NCBI RefSeq assembly: GCF_006345805.1
Contig: NC_043023.1
Coordinates: forward strand, 7,874,001 to 7,938,000
Length of the DNA: 64,000 nt
From: Octopus sinensis
Taxonomy: Eukaryota
Reading direction: 5' to 3'
Below the pieces are notes generated by a model. That model did not search any database. It was given only the letters and a program-made list of their open reading frames with translations, and was not told the DNA's origin. A program made the translations under genes and the position numbers. Shown piece after piece: positions 13,492 through 25,437 of the stretch. Every line of letters starts with the position of its first letter. The first letter of the stretch is position 1.

Positions 13492-13710
13492 CCTTTCTAC
13501 TATAGGGGCAAGGCCTGAAATTTTGGGGGAGGGGACCAGTCAACTTTATCGACCCCAGTGTTTTCACTGGTATTTAATTTATCGACCCTGAAAGGATGAA
13601 AGGCAAAGTTGACCTCGGTGGAATTTGAACTCAGAACGTAGCAACAGAGGAAATACCGCTAAGCATTTCTCCTGGCGTGTTGACGATTCTGTCAGGTCAC
13701 CGCCTTAATA
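11110..13710 (-). mobile_element. Cluster of ~7 co-oriented tRNA-derived SINEs (family B, Meta-like central domain) with (ATT)n tails
   Basis: Repeated GGCGAGCTGGCAGAATCGTTAGCAC..GAGTTCAAATTC..GTCGACTTTGCCTTTCATCCTTTC..AAGTACCAG..TAGAAAGG(ATT)n. The Meta-domain resemblance is from memory. Confidence 0.85.
12549..12960 (+). mobile_element. tRNA-derived CORE-type SINE with internal (TA)n(TG)n (family A, representative full copy)
   Basis: A box TGGCTGTGTGG, B box GGTTCAGTCC, CORE start CCTTGGGCAAGT, tail GAAACAAGTAAAAGAG. Over 25 copies or fragments, e.g. 1-300+, 741-1166-, 3146-3520-, 5903-6276-, 8010-8423-, 9155-9796-, 17116-17528+, 25849-26268+, 34720-35125+, 38024-38415+, 38715-39130-, 41295-41640+, 57930-58437-, 63465-63985-. 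Confidence 0.9.
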
Positions 13711-16700
13711 ATAATAATAATAATAACAATAACAATAATTGTTGAAGGAAAATAAAAAAAGGAACTGAAATAAGTGTATGTCAGGGATGGAGGGAGGAGA
13801 TGAAATAATTAAAAAAAAAAAGTATAAACTTGAGTACAATTTTTTCCAGCTCTGATTAAAAAAAAAAAAAACATTTTTAACGATAATAACATTTTCCTTG
13901 CTTCAGCATAAGAGCTTGTGGTATTTAAGTGAGTAACAGGAAGGATGGAGATAGAGAGAGAGAAGGAGTGGGGAGGAGGAAGAAGGCAAGGAAAGAGAAG
14001 AAAAAGAGCAGGACAGAATTTAACAGCCCCCTCCCCCTCGTTTCGCCCAACCCCATTCCTGCCCGCATCCACCCATGCCCATCTCACCATTTTTTTTCCC
14101 CCTTGGTTTCCTGGTCATCATTTGGCCGCTACCTGCCCCACGCCCTGCCTCCGTTACCTTACCTGTTGACCCACCCACCAGCCCACCACATACGTATAAA
14201 GGAAGGGTGCAAGGAGGTGACAGAAGGGTAAATGTTCACTCGGGTGAGGATTTGAAATCGCGATCTGGCTGCTTAAAGGGTTCTCATGTTCTCCCTTAAT
14301 TCTTGACATTTCACTCCCCCAACCAACTGTCCCCACCCCAAAACCATCTGACTTATTTCTAACATGGTACAAAGTTGAAAATTCTTCCAAACGAAAGTAC
14401 CGCCAACTGAATCTACCCCAATATTTAACTGGTACCAAGTTTTTTTTAAAAACCTCATTTCCCTCCCTGGGCGAATGAAGGGCAATACTGATCTTGGCAG
14501 GATTTGAAATCTTCTGTCTGTGTTTGTCCCCGGACCATATCGCTTGACAACCGATGCTGGTGTATTTACGTCCCTGTAACTTAGAGGTTCAGCAAAAGAA
14601 ACCGATAGAATAAGCACTTATTAAAAAATAAGTTCTGGGGTTGATTTGTTTGACTAAAATCCTTCAAGGTTGTGCTCCAGCATGGCCACAGTCAAATGAC
14701 TGAAACCAGTAAAAGAATAAAAGAATATATATATATATAAATATATATGCGTGTATGTGTATATATATATATACACACACACATACATATATATGTATAT
14801 ATGTGTGTATGTGTATATATATGTATATATGTGTGTATGTATATGTGTGATTGTGTATGTGTTTGAGTCTCCGTACTTAGACATTGTGCCGTAAACGAGT
14901 TTCACTGTCATACAAGCAGTGTTTGTTTCTAGTCATCTGTGGAGAAAACATGTCTCTCCATGGGGAAATATTACCTCACCTGTCTCCAGGTAAGGGTTGG
15001 TGATAGGAAGGATATCCTGCATCGATGTCTTAAGGGTTTGAAGCCCCATATGAAAGCTTTGAATACTGGCCCCTTTCTTTTTGTCTGTAATGAAAACGGA
15101 ATGGAGAAATAGCAACCAGCAATGCACCAAGTTTGCACACAAGACTTTACTACGCCGTACCACACTGTCACTGCGCACCCCTAACACAGCAAACTAGCAC
15201 TATCTTTTCTACTATAGGCACAAGACCTGAAATGTTATGGGAGGGGACCAATCGATTACATCGACCCCAGTATTTCACTGGTACTTAATTTATCAACCCT
15301 GAAAGGATGAAAGGCAAAGTCAACCTCGGCGGAATTTGAACTCAGAACGTAACGGCTAGACGAAATACCTATTTCTTTACTACTCACAAGGGGCTAAACA
15401 CAGAGGGGACAAACAAGGACTGACAAAGGAATTAAGTCGATTACATCGACCCCCAATGTGTAACTGGTACTTAATTTATCGACCCTGAAAGGATGAAAGG
15501 CAAAGTCGACCTCGGCAGAATTTGAACCCAGAACGTAATGACAGGAAAAATACTGCTAAGCATTTTGCCCAGCATGCTAACGATTCTGCCAGCTCGCCGC
15601 CTTCCAAACCAGCACTATCACTGCACACACTTGAATTTGATCCCAAAACCTATCATACCATTCGTTGATCCGAAGCCCTATCACACTCCACATAAAGTAA
15701 CCCACCATAATTTATCACACTCCTCATTCGATCCCAAGAACTTCATCTCACCACACAGTCACTGCCCCCTCTCCTCTGACCCATCTTGCAGTGGTTTACC
15801 CTTGGACAAATCTTGTACATGTGTACCTACTCCAGCACTCTTTATATGACCTGGGAGGGCTTGTAAGCTCCCTTTCCATTATTACGTCAATTACTGACAC
15901 TTTGGTCATCCTTGACTAGACTAGGGATGATGACTAACTGGGAGGTAGGATTTGAACCCAGAACATAGGGAGCCGGAAGATATACAGTAAAGCATCTCTG
16001 CCAATGCACCAATGATTCTGTTGCTCTCCCACCTGTAGAGCAACATAAAATGAAGTGTTTTATTACAAGCACAGCATGTTGCTTGGTCTGAGAATTGAAC
16101 TCATAATCTAGAATTCATGAATGCAACACCCTTACCACTACACCACAAGCCCTCACAACACACCCCATGTTTAAGAAACAGATTGGGTTTATTTACATTT
16201 GCGAAGAAAAAAAGATACCCTTCCCTCACCCCTAACCCTAATCCTAAAATAGATTGAAATGCAATAGATTGATACCAGGGCCATAATTATGGGTGACAAT
16301 TTCAACCAATCAATGACGCCTATTGAGGTGAAAACATTCTGTGCCGTATGAATATGTCCCTCGTTTGAGAAACAGATTGGGTTTATTTACATTTGTGAAG
16401 AAAAACAGATACCCTTCCCCTCACACCTAATCCTAATCCTAAAATAGATTGAAATGCAATAGATCGATACCAGGGCCATAATTATGAGTGACAATTTCAT
16501 ACGACACCGCTACGGAAAATGGGATTACTATTACTGTCCCCTCACCCCCGTCCCATCTGGCAGTTGTCTACCCTTGGACAAATCCTGCACATGTGAGCCT
16601 TTTCCAGTGCTGTCTATACGACCTGGGAGGGCCCATAACCCCCCTGTTGCTGTTGAGTAGATTACTGGAACTTCAGCTACCACAACTAGAGATGGGGTGT

Positions 16701-18658
16701 GAACCCTGAGTGGCTTCCCGTTGCCTTCTCCAGGCAGGTTGGGCTTGAACCCAGAATGTAGAGAGCCAGAAGATATAGCGTACAGCACCTGCCGACACAC
16801 CAACAATTCTGATGCTCTCCCACCTGTAGAACAACGTGAAATCAAGTGTTTTGCTCAAAAACACAACGCACCACCTGGTCTGGGGATTGAACTCACAATC
16901 TAGCAATCATGACCGTGACACCCTAACCACCAGGCCACACGCCTTCACTTCACTCCCAGATATAGTAACCAATATGCTATTACTACAAGTTCCTCATTTG
17001 ATCCCAAGAACTTAATCTCCCCTGTGTCACAGCCCCCCCCCTCCACCTCATCGCTGGGCCCCTTCTAGTAATGATTTACATTTAGATAAACCCTGTACGT
17101 GTGAACCTTCTCTATAGGTGCAGGAGTGGCTGTGTGGTAAGTAGCTTGTTGACCAACCACATGGTTCCGGGTTCAGTCCCACTGCGTAGCAAGTGTCTTC
17201 TACTATAGCCCCGGGCCGGCCAAAGCCTTGTGAGTGGATTTGGTAGACGGAAACTGAAAGAAGCTCGTCGTATATATATGTATATATATATGTATATATA
17301 TATGTGTGTGTGAGTGTTTGTGTGTCTGTGTTTGTCCCCCTAGCATTGATTGACAACCGATGCTGGCGTGTTTATGTCCTCGTTACTTAGCGGTTCGGCA
17401 AAAGAGACCGATAGAATAAGTACTGGGCTTACAAGAAGAATAAGTCCCGGGGTCGAGTTGCTCGATTAAAGGCGGTGCTCCAGCATGGCCGCAGTCAAAT
17501 GACTGAAACAAGTAAAAGAGTAAAGAGAGATATGACTTGGAAGGGCCCTTACCCTCCCTTGCTGCTATTAAGTAGATTACTGGAACATGGGACGTCCATA
17601 ACTAGACTTGAATACTGGACTACATTCTCATTTCCTTCTCCAAGTGGGATTTGAACTCGGAATGTAGAGAGCTAGAAAATATACCATAAAGCATCTCTGC
17701 CGACACGCTAAAGATAGAAGAAACGCAGCTAAGCACTTTTGCCCGGGGCAGTAACGATTCAGCCGGCCCACCACTTAAATAATAATAATAATCCTTTCTA
17801 CTATGGACACAAAGCCTGACATTTTGGTGGGGGAAGGGTAAGTCAATTACATCGACCCCAGTGTACAACTGGTACTTATTTCATCAGGATGAAAGGCAAA
17901 GTCAGCCTTGACGGAATTTAAACTCATGGGAAATACTGCTAAGCATTTTGCCCAGCATGCTAACGATTCTGTCAGCCTGCCACCTTAATTATAATAATGA
18001 TGATGATGATGATAATAATGATGATCATCATCATCGTTTAACGTCCGTTCTCCATGCTAGCATAGGTTGGACGGTTCGACCAGGATCTGGGAAGCCAGAA
18101 GACTGCGCCAGGCCCAGTCTGATCTGGCAGTGTTTCTATGGCTGGATGCCCTTCCTAACGCCAACCACTCCGTGAGTGTAGTGGGTGCTTTTTACGTGCC
18201 ACCGGCTCAGGGGCCAGACGAGGCTGGCAAACGGCCATGATCGGATGGTGCATTTTACATGCCACCGGCACGGAGGCCAGTCGGGGCAGTGCTGGCAACG
18301 ACCATGTTCGGATGGTTCTCTTGATAATAATAATAATGATAATAATAATAATAATAGTCCTTTCTACTGGAAGTACAAAGCATGCGTGAATTGCATAATT
18401 TATATGAACCGATTGATCCTGTGTCTCTCATGCCTGTAGAGCAACATGAAATGAAGGGCTTTGCTCGAGAAGACAACCCACTGCCTGGTTTGGGAATTAT
18501 ACTCACGATCAAGAAATCACGAGCGCGACACCCCAACCACTAGGCCACACATCTTCACTACATTGGTTACGATGACAAGTGTCCCAGTTGGTTCAATCAA
18601 TGGAACAGCCTGCTTGTGAAATTAACATGCAAGTGGCTGAGTGCTCCACAGACACGTG

Positions 18659-19262
18659 TACCTATTTATTTACTACCCACAAGGGGCTAAGCACAGAGAG
18701 GACAAACAAGGACAGACAAAGGGATTAAGTCGATTATATCGACCCCAGTGCGTAACTGGTACTTATTTAATCAACCCCGAAAGGATGAAAGGCAAAGTCG
18801 ACCTCAGCGGAATTTGAACCCAGAACGTAACGGCAGACGAAATACCTATTTATTTACTACCCACAAGGGGCTAAACACAGAGGGGACAAACAAGGACAAA
18901 CAAACGGATTAAATTGATTATATTGACCCCAGTGCATAACTGGTACTTAAATTATCGACCCCAAAAGGATGAAAGGCAATGTCAACCTAGGTGGAATTTG
19001 AACTCAGAACTCAACGGCAGACGAAATACGTATTTCTTTATTACCCACAAGGGGCTAAACATAGAGGGGACAAACAAGGACAGACATAGGTATTAAGTCG
19101 ATTACATCGACCCCAGTGCGGAACTGGTACTTAATTTATCGACCCCGAAAGGATGAAAGGCAAAGTCAACCTCGGCGGAATTTGAACTCACAACGTAACG
19201 ACAGACGAAATACGGCTATGCATTTCATCCAGCGTGCTAACGATTCTGCCAGCTCGCCACCT
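18659..19262 (-). mobile_element. Family B SINE trimer (184-bp period)
   Basis: Unit junctions at 18659, 18843, 19027 and 19211. Confidence 0.85.
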
Positions 19263-20185
19263 TCAGACACGTGTACCTTTAACGTAGTCCTCACAGAGAT
19301 TCAATGCGACACAGAATGTGACAAGGCTGGCCCCTTGAAATACAACTCATTTTTGCCATCTGAGGGGACTGGAGCAACAGGAAATAAAGTGGATTACTCA
19401 AGGACATAATGCCTTGCCAGGAATTGAACTCATGACGTTACGATCGTGAGCTGAATACCCTAACCACTATGCTACTGCTGTATGTCCCTCATTTGATCCC
19501 AAGGCTGCACCACACCCCAGATACAGTAACCAACACACAACACAAAACCACACTATCACTGCACACCCCTGATTTGATCCCCAAGGCTGCATGACACCCC
19601 AGATACAGTAACCCAGCAACTATACCATGCTAATCCTGCACACCTCTCATTTGATCCCAAGACCTCATCACACCATACTAGAGTTTCACACTCGAGGTAT
19701 GGTAACCGACACTGTATTACAGTACCCCAGTGCCACCCACACACCCTTAATTTCTTCCCAGCATCACACCACACCATGATATCACTGCACGCCCTACAAA
19801 TGTTCCTATAACCTCACCATACTACGCAGTTGCTGTGTCCCCCATACCGTTCCACACCACGCAATAATCTGCACAAATGCGCCACGGGAGCCCTTAACCA
19901 TCCATGCCAGTAAAGATCCCATTATCCCCACCTATTTCCAGATCAGTTCTCTTCTTTTCCTTTCCTTCCCCTCCTCCATATCCACCCGTTCACTAAGCCT
20001 GCCACCCGAATCCACAATCACCCGAACACCCCCACTCATCTACTCACCCTCCTGATTAACCCTGCGCCCTTCTTAGCCTCAGCTCTGCCCTGCCCTGTCG
20101 CCCTTCCTACCACCACCACCACCACTACCGCCACCACCGTCGCCGCCACCATCGTCGCCGCCGCCACCACCACCACAGCCCCCAG

Positions 20186-21604
20186 CTACAGATCGTTCAT
20201 GACGTCAAACTCCTTTGAGCAATCCGAGTTCATGATGAAACAATGGTCCTGATTGGCCGAGAGAATCTGTAACACCGGCTGCATGTCGTCGTCGTTGGCG
20301 TCGGAACCGGAGTTCTCCGCAGAGACAGCCGAGGGGACGGGGGTGGACGTGTTGTTGTTGCCATTGCTGTTGCTGGTCGAAGAGTGGAATGAGGCGTAGA
20401 AGGATGGAAAAACTGACGAAGACAACGACGGTAGTAATAATGATGATGACGGCGATGACGGGGAGGAAGAGTTCAGCTTTGTAGAGTGGGAGGTGTCAGA
20501 GCCCGGGTACTGGACGGAGTTTGGGTAGTTACTGTTGGCCTTGCCTGAGCCGGACAAATGACCAGCCATGTGCGACGCCTGGTTCCGAGATCGGGATCGA
20601 CCGGAGTATTCGCTGCCACCCGAGTGGAGGTCGGAGTCCATCCCGCCAAAGCTGTACGCGTCGCCGTAGTACGGCTGGCTCCAGGCGTCCAAGCTGCTGT
20701 CGACGGAGGTGGTGAGGGCTGTGGCTGTGATGGCTGAGATTGCATTGCCGAGTAACCCTCGGTGTATCTTGGCATGCCGGTTGCGCGTGCTTGCGTCAGC
20801 GAAGTGCTGCTCGCAATAGTTGCACTTATACGGCTTCTCACCCGTGTGGATGCGCAAATGCCGGGTGAGGGTGAACGAGTGGAGGAAGGACTTGGCGCAG
20901 AAGTTGCACTGGAACGACCGCTTCTTTGTATGAATGTTCATGTGTTTGGTCAAGCTAGAGGCACATGAGAACTTCTTGTGGCACACCTCGCACTCAGTGT
21001 TGTGGTTACTGCTGCTGTTGCTCCCCCCACTTCGACTAGACTTGCTCGACTTCGAGGTATGGCTGGAATCGTCGACGATGGACGAGATCGCCAGGCTGTT
21101 GTCGAAGGTAACGTTTTCGTTGGACGGGTCCACATCATCGCCCGTTGTCATAGCAGCATCCCCGCGACCATCGCTACTGCTTTTGTTGTTGTTGTTGCTG
21201 TCCCCGCCACCGTCGGACTGGTGCAGCGGAGATGCGTCCTTCGCATGGCTCTGCAGATGCAACCCAAGCAGGTTGACACTGGTGAACAGCTGCTTGCAGG
21301 TGTAACATTCCAGTTTCTGGCCGGTGTGCGATTTCAGATGGTCGTTGAGCCGAGCCTCACTGGCTACACTTTTCCCACACAGCTCGCACGTGAACGAGCG
21401 GTGGGTCTTCTTGTGGGACACCAGTGCCCTGTACTGCTCAAACGTCTCATCGCAGTCGTTGCAGTGGTAGCGTTTCTCACCTGTATGGCTTCGGATATGT
21501 GTCTTCAGGTACACAGGCTGCGAGAAGGACTTCTCACAGAATTTACACTCAAACGTCGCCTTCGGTTTCGGATGAAGTTTGCCGAACGTCGCAAGAAAAC
21601 TCAT
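20186..21604 (-). CDS. C2H2 zinc-finger protein, 472 aa, 7 fingers in two clusters (4+3), Ser-rich low-complexity linker and C-terminus
   Basis: Open GC-rich ORF. Fingers CKFC..HIRSH, CNDC..HKKTH, CELC..HLKSH, CYTC..HLQSH (aa 18-120) and CEVC..HMNIH, CNFC..HLRIH, CNYC..HAKIH (aa 203-281), with TGEKR/TGEKP linkers. In-frame stops lie just upstream of the ATG, which has A at -3. Confidence 0.92.
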   Translation of the reverse strand: MSFLATFGKLHPKPKATFECKFCEKSFSQPVYLKTHIRSHTGEKRYHCNDCDETFEQYRALVSHKKTHRSFTCELCGKSVASEARLNDHLKSHTGQKLECYTCKQLFTSVNLLGLHLQSHAKDASPLHQSDGGGDSNNNNKSSSDGRGDAAMTTGDDVDPSNENVTFDNSLAISSIVDDSSHTSKSSKSSRSGGSNSSSNHNTECEVCHKKFSCASSLTKHMNIHTKKRSFQCNFCAKSFLHSFTLTRHLRIHTGEKPYKCNYCEQHFADASTRNRHAKIHRGLLGNAISAITATALTTSVDSSLDAWSQPYYGDAYSFGGMDSDLHSGGSEYSGRSRSRNQASHMAGHLSGSGKANSNYPNSVQYPGSDTSHSTKLNSSSPSSPSSSLLLPSLSSSVFPSFYASFHSSTSNSNGNNNTSTPVPSAVSAENSGSDANDDDMQPVLQILSANQDHCFIMNSDCSKEFDVMNDL

Positions 21605-22439
21605 TATTGTCGGTCAACATCAGCTAGCTCGGAAGATTGATATATAGGTGGGCAGATAGGCAGGCAGGCAGGTAGCAAGGTCTGTAGGTAGGTTGTGGAT
21701 AGGTAGATAGACAGGTCGAATGAAGCTAAATCAGTAATAGGTAGGACAATAGCTAATATAGTGAGCTAGATTGGTAACTAGAAAGGTAGCTAGCTAGGTA
21801 GACTGGCGGTTAGATTGGTAACCAAATATATAGATATACAGGTTGGAAGAAGGGTGTGTAGGCTATATAAATAGCCAACTAACTAAATTGGTAACTGGTT
21901 AAGTTGGTAGGTAGGTGACTATGTAGACAGATTGGCAACTAGCTAGATAGGTAAGTAGCTATGTTCATACATAGGAATAGGTGGGTAGGTAGGTAGGTAG
22001 GTAGGCAAGTAGACAGGTAGGTAGGCGGATGAGTGAGTATTCTGACAACTAATTAGGCAGCTAACTAGAGAGTTAAGTAGCTAATTATCTAGGTAGCTAG
22101 ATAGGCAACCAGGTAGATAAAGTATAAATCAAGTTGAGTAGATAGTTAATCAAGGCCAGGTAAATAACAAATGGAAAAAAGACAACAAAAAATTACAAAA
22201 TAAATAACCCCTGTTCCTGGTGTCAGAAACCCTACTCAAAATCTTAAACTAGATATTTTCCTGGTTACCACAAACAGTTTGTTACTATTTTTCGAGCTTT
22301 TATCCCTGCCAAAACCATCTTGGGTTACGTATCAACATCTTAATTCTAAATTATAATTTGTTTTGAAATTTTAACAAATGAATTTTTTTTTTTTTTTACT
22401 ATTTTTTCATTGAATCTAGTAAAATAGATAGATAGGTGA

Positions 22440-22442
22440 ATA

Positions 22443-22503
<61 letters not shown>

Positions 22504-22528
22504 CAGAGACAGATAGATAGATAGAGAC

Positions 22529-22572
<44 letters not shown>
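22440..22572. repeat. (GATA)n tetranucleotide array
   Basis: Direct inspection; degenerate AGGT/AGAT/AGCT repeats precede it at 21650-22150. Confidence 0.95.
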
Positions 22573-23215
22573 GTGAGGTTTGTCACTTAAATCAAACCTA
22601 GCATACCACTGGTACTCATTTAAATATCAAAAGACCAGCAATCCCTGCAGTTGATGGAATGGAAAAAGGCAAATTGGACCCCTATTTTTTTTTATCTCCC
22701 CAGTGGCAGGATTTCAATTCAATGTTTTTAAGAAGACCCCTAAAAAAAAAACCTAGTCCCTGGATGTTATTTTGAAAGAATTGGGTGAAAATTTACAATT
22801 TGGAGAGAGCCTATATATGTTCATATATATGTGAGTGTGTCACTATCAACCTTTTCCTTGTAAAAATTATACATACATGTGTGTGTATATATATATATAT
22901 GTATGCATGTGTGTGTGTGTGATTTATGCATATATAGTCAACAAAATTTTAACGAGAAGAAATTCGTTATGTTGCCAAGGTGAGAGTTTTCAGTTTCAAA
23001 TCACAGTAGCAAATTGTCTCGACAGACTAGATAGCCAGGGGGAAGCAAATTTAAATCTATTTTTTTTTATATATATAAATTTAATTTAATTTATTTATCA
23101 TTATTATTATTATTATTGTTGTTGTTGTTGTTATTTTTCCTTTTGGTCAAAAATATTTGCTCACATTTAAAAAACGTTCTGCCGTTTTGAGTAATTTTCA
23201 TTAACAAACAATACT

Positions 23216-23277
<62 letters not shown>

Positions 23278-23713
23278 AGTCTCTGGATCAAAACAATGAA
23301 TAATAATAAATTAATTAATAATTGTAATTAATAACAGGTAAATCCAGGTGTCTTGCAATTTTTTCTTCTTTTCTTTTAATAACTTGTTTTCTTTTTATGG
23401 TTGGTTGTCCTCAACAATTTTCATGGCTTTGTGGGTTTTTTAAGGGGGTTTTTTCGCATGCTAGTGACACCCCAAAAACAAGAAGAGGTTTCTCACATAC
23501 CCACACCAGTAAGGAACCTAGCAACTTGCCTGAAGAAAGGGAAAAAAGTCAATGTAAAGAATTACAGCGGAGCAGACAGTTAATGTTATTTTGGAGTTTG
23601 ACCAACTTTTTGGGTGTTTTGCAGTTCGGTTCTTTAAAAAAAAATTTTTTTTGTTTGGTGTTTTGTTGGCGTTTATTTTCGACGACGTTTTGTCATTTCA
23701 TTAAATTGGAGGG

Positions 23714-23861
23714 TTTGAATTTCAAATTTCAAAATCGGACAAGCAAATGTCAACAGACTTTGTAACAAGAACTTTGCAAACTCGTTGCTGTCAGAACAGT
23801 TTAAAAGAATCACAGGAACGGCTTGTTAAGATTTAAACGTCGTTTTGGCGGGAATTTTGAA
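23714..23861. promoter_or_regulatory. Candidate promoter with E2F/CDE-CHR (DREAM/MuvB) element and extra CHR-like motifs
   Basis: TGGCGG (23846-51) + 4 nt + TTTGAA (23856-61), inside TTTTGGCGGGAA. Three more TTTGAA/TTCAAA motifs at 23714, 23721 and 23728. Unique, non-repeat DNA about 2.2 kb 5' of the ZNF ATG. Confidence 0.4.
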
Positions 23862-24248
23862 AAGCAGACGGATTACTGCCGATGACGATGATGAAGACGA
23901 TGATGACAATGAGGATGAAAGTAACAGATAACACCCACTTTGGGGGTAAATATGATCCTTCTTTCTTTCTTTTTCTTTTTTGTCACAGCCAAAACCAGTT
24001 TCTGAGTTTCAAGATACAAATAGGAGTCTGGTTAATTCTATTTCTTCCTTTGGACAGGATCTGTAAAATGGAATAAGAAAGAAAAAAGAAAAAAGAAAAT
24101 CACAAATTTAGATTGATGTTTAGTAATAGAAAATATGAAATTAATGATATGCATCGTCTATTTTTCAATTAATTTTTAAAATAACGAAGAATTTAATGAA
24201 ATAATTTTATCATTATTAAAAAGGTGTTTGGAACATAAACTAGAAAAT

Positions 24249-24613
24249 CGACGACGCCATGGTGATCTCATTCTCGCTCACAACATCATAAGCAGAAAGT
24301 GTAACCTCTCGGAAGAGCTGTTCTTCACTCCTGCTCCAGAGCGTCAGCTGCAGGGTCACTCCAAAAAGCTCTATCTGTGATGATCTCATCTCAATCGAAG
24401 GAGAGGGGCTTTCTCCGTCCGGGTTGCGAATCCGTGGAATAAGCTGCCGGATGAAATAGTGAAGATGCCGACGACCACTCGGTTCAAAATCTCTCTTGAC
24501 CAGAAATGGCCTGAACTCTTTGCATGAACACCCACCCTGTACATAACTCCATGTCCCCCTACATGGCCTTGCTTTTGGCTTTTTGAGCCAAAAAATTAAC
24601 TTAACTTAACTTA
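24249..24613 (+). mobile_element. CR1-type LINE 3' end
   Basis: RRRHGDLILAHNII..GHSKKL..RRGAFSVRVANPWNKLPDEIV, then a short UTR ending in (AACTT)n. Confidence 0.8.
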
Positions 24614-24911
24614 TTATGAAAATTTGATGGATGGTTTAAATTGAGCTCACTCTAACGCTTTTGTTACCATTTGACTGCAGCCATGCTGGAGCACCACCTT
24701 TAGTCGAGCAAATCGACCCCAGGACTTATTTTTTGTAAGCCTAGTACTTATTCTATTGGTCTCTTTGGCTGAACTCGCTAAGTTACGGGGACGTAAACAC
24801 ACCAGCATCGGTTGTCAAGCAATGCTAGGGGGACAAACACAGACACACAAACATATACACACATACATATATATATGACAAACGCAGACATATAAACATA
24901 TACATACATAC

Positions 24912-25260
24912 ATATATATAAAAGGGTAAAGACCCCCTTCGGTCATGAATGACCATGGGATTGTACCTAGAAAGTTACCCTCCTAGACACAAGTCCGGGC
25001 AAGGTTGTTTATAGAAGACCAGCAGTTGCCCATGCATACCGGCCTCCCCTCTCCACGCCACCAGTGTTATCCAAGGGAAAGACAGGTCGCTACAGCTTGG
25101 CACCAGTGACGTCGCAACTCATTCATACAGCTGAGTGAACTGGAGCAACGTGAAATAAAGTGCTTTGCTCAAGAACACAACACGCAGCCCGGTCCGGATT
25201 CGAGCTCACAACCTCACGATCATAAGCTCGATGCTCTAACCTCTGAGCCATGCGCCTTCA
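24912..25260 (-). mobile_element. Full-length tRNA-derived CORE-type SINE (further family)
   Basis: Minus strand GTGAAGGCGCATGGCTCAGAGGTTAGAGC..GAGCTCGAATCC..TTGAGCAAAGCACTTTATTTCACG..., tail GGTCTTTACCCTTT. Confidence 0.75.
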
Positions 25261-25358
25261 CATATATATATATATATATATATGTGTGTATATATATACA
25301 TATGTGAATATATATATATATATATATATGACAAACACAGACATATAAACATATACAT

Positions 25359-25437
<79 letters not shown>

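Noticed and set aside
14157-14270. Minus-strand CAG|GTAAGG donor in unique GC-rich DNA
   Set aside because: No convincing acceptor or ORF; it lies 6 kb beyond the ZNF stop and cannot be assigned.
20473-21640. Overlapping ORFs on other frames and the opposite strand of the ZNF gene
   Set aside because: Expected by-products of a GC-rich coding exon; no independent motif.
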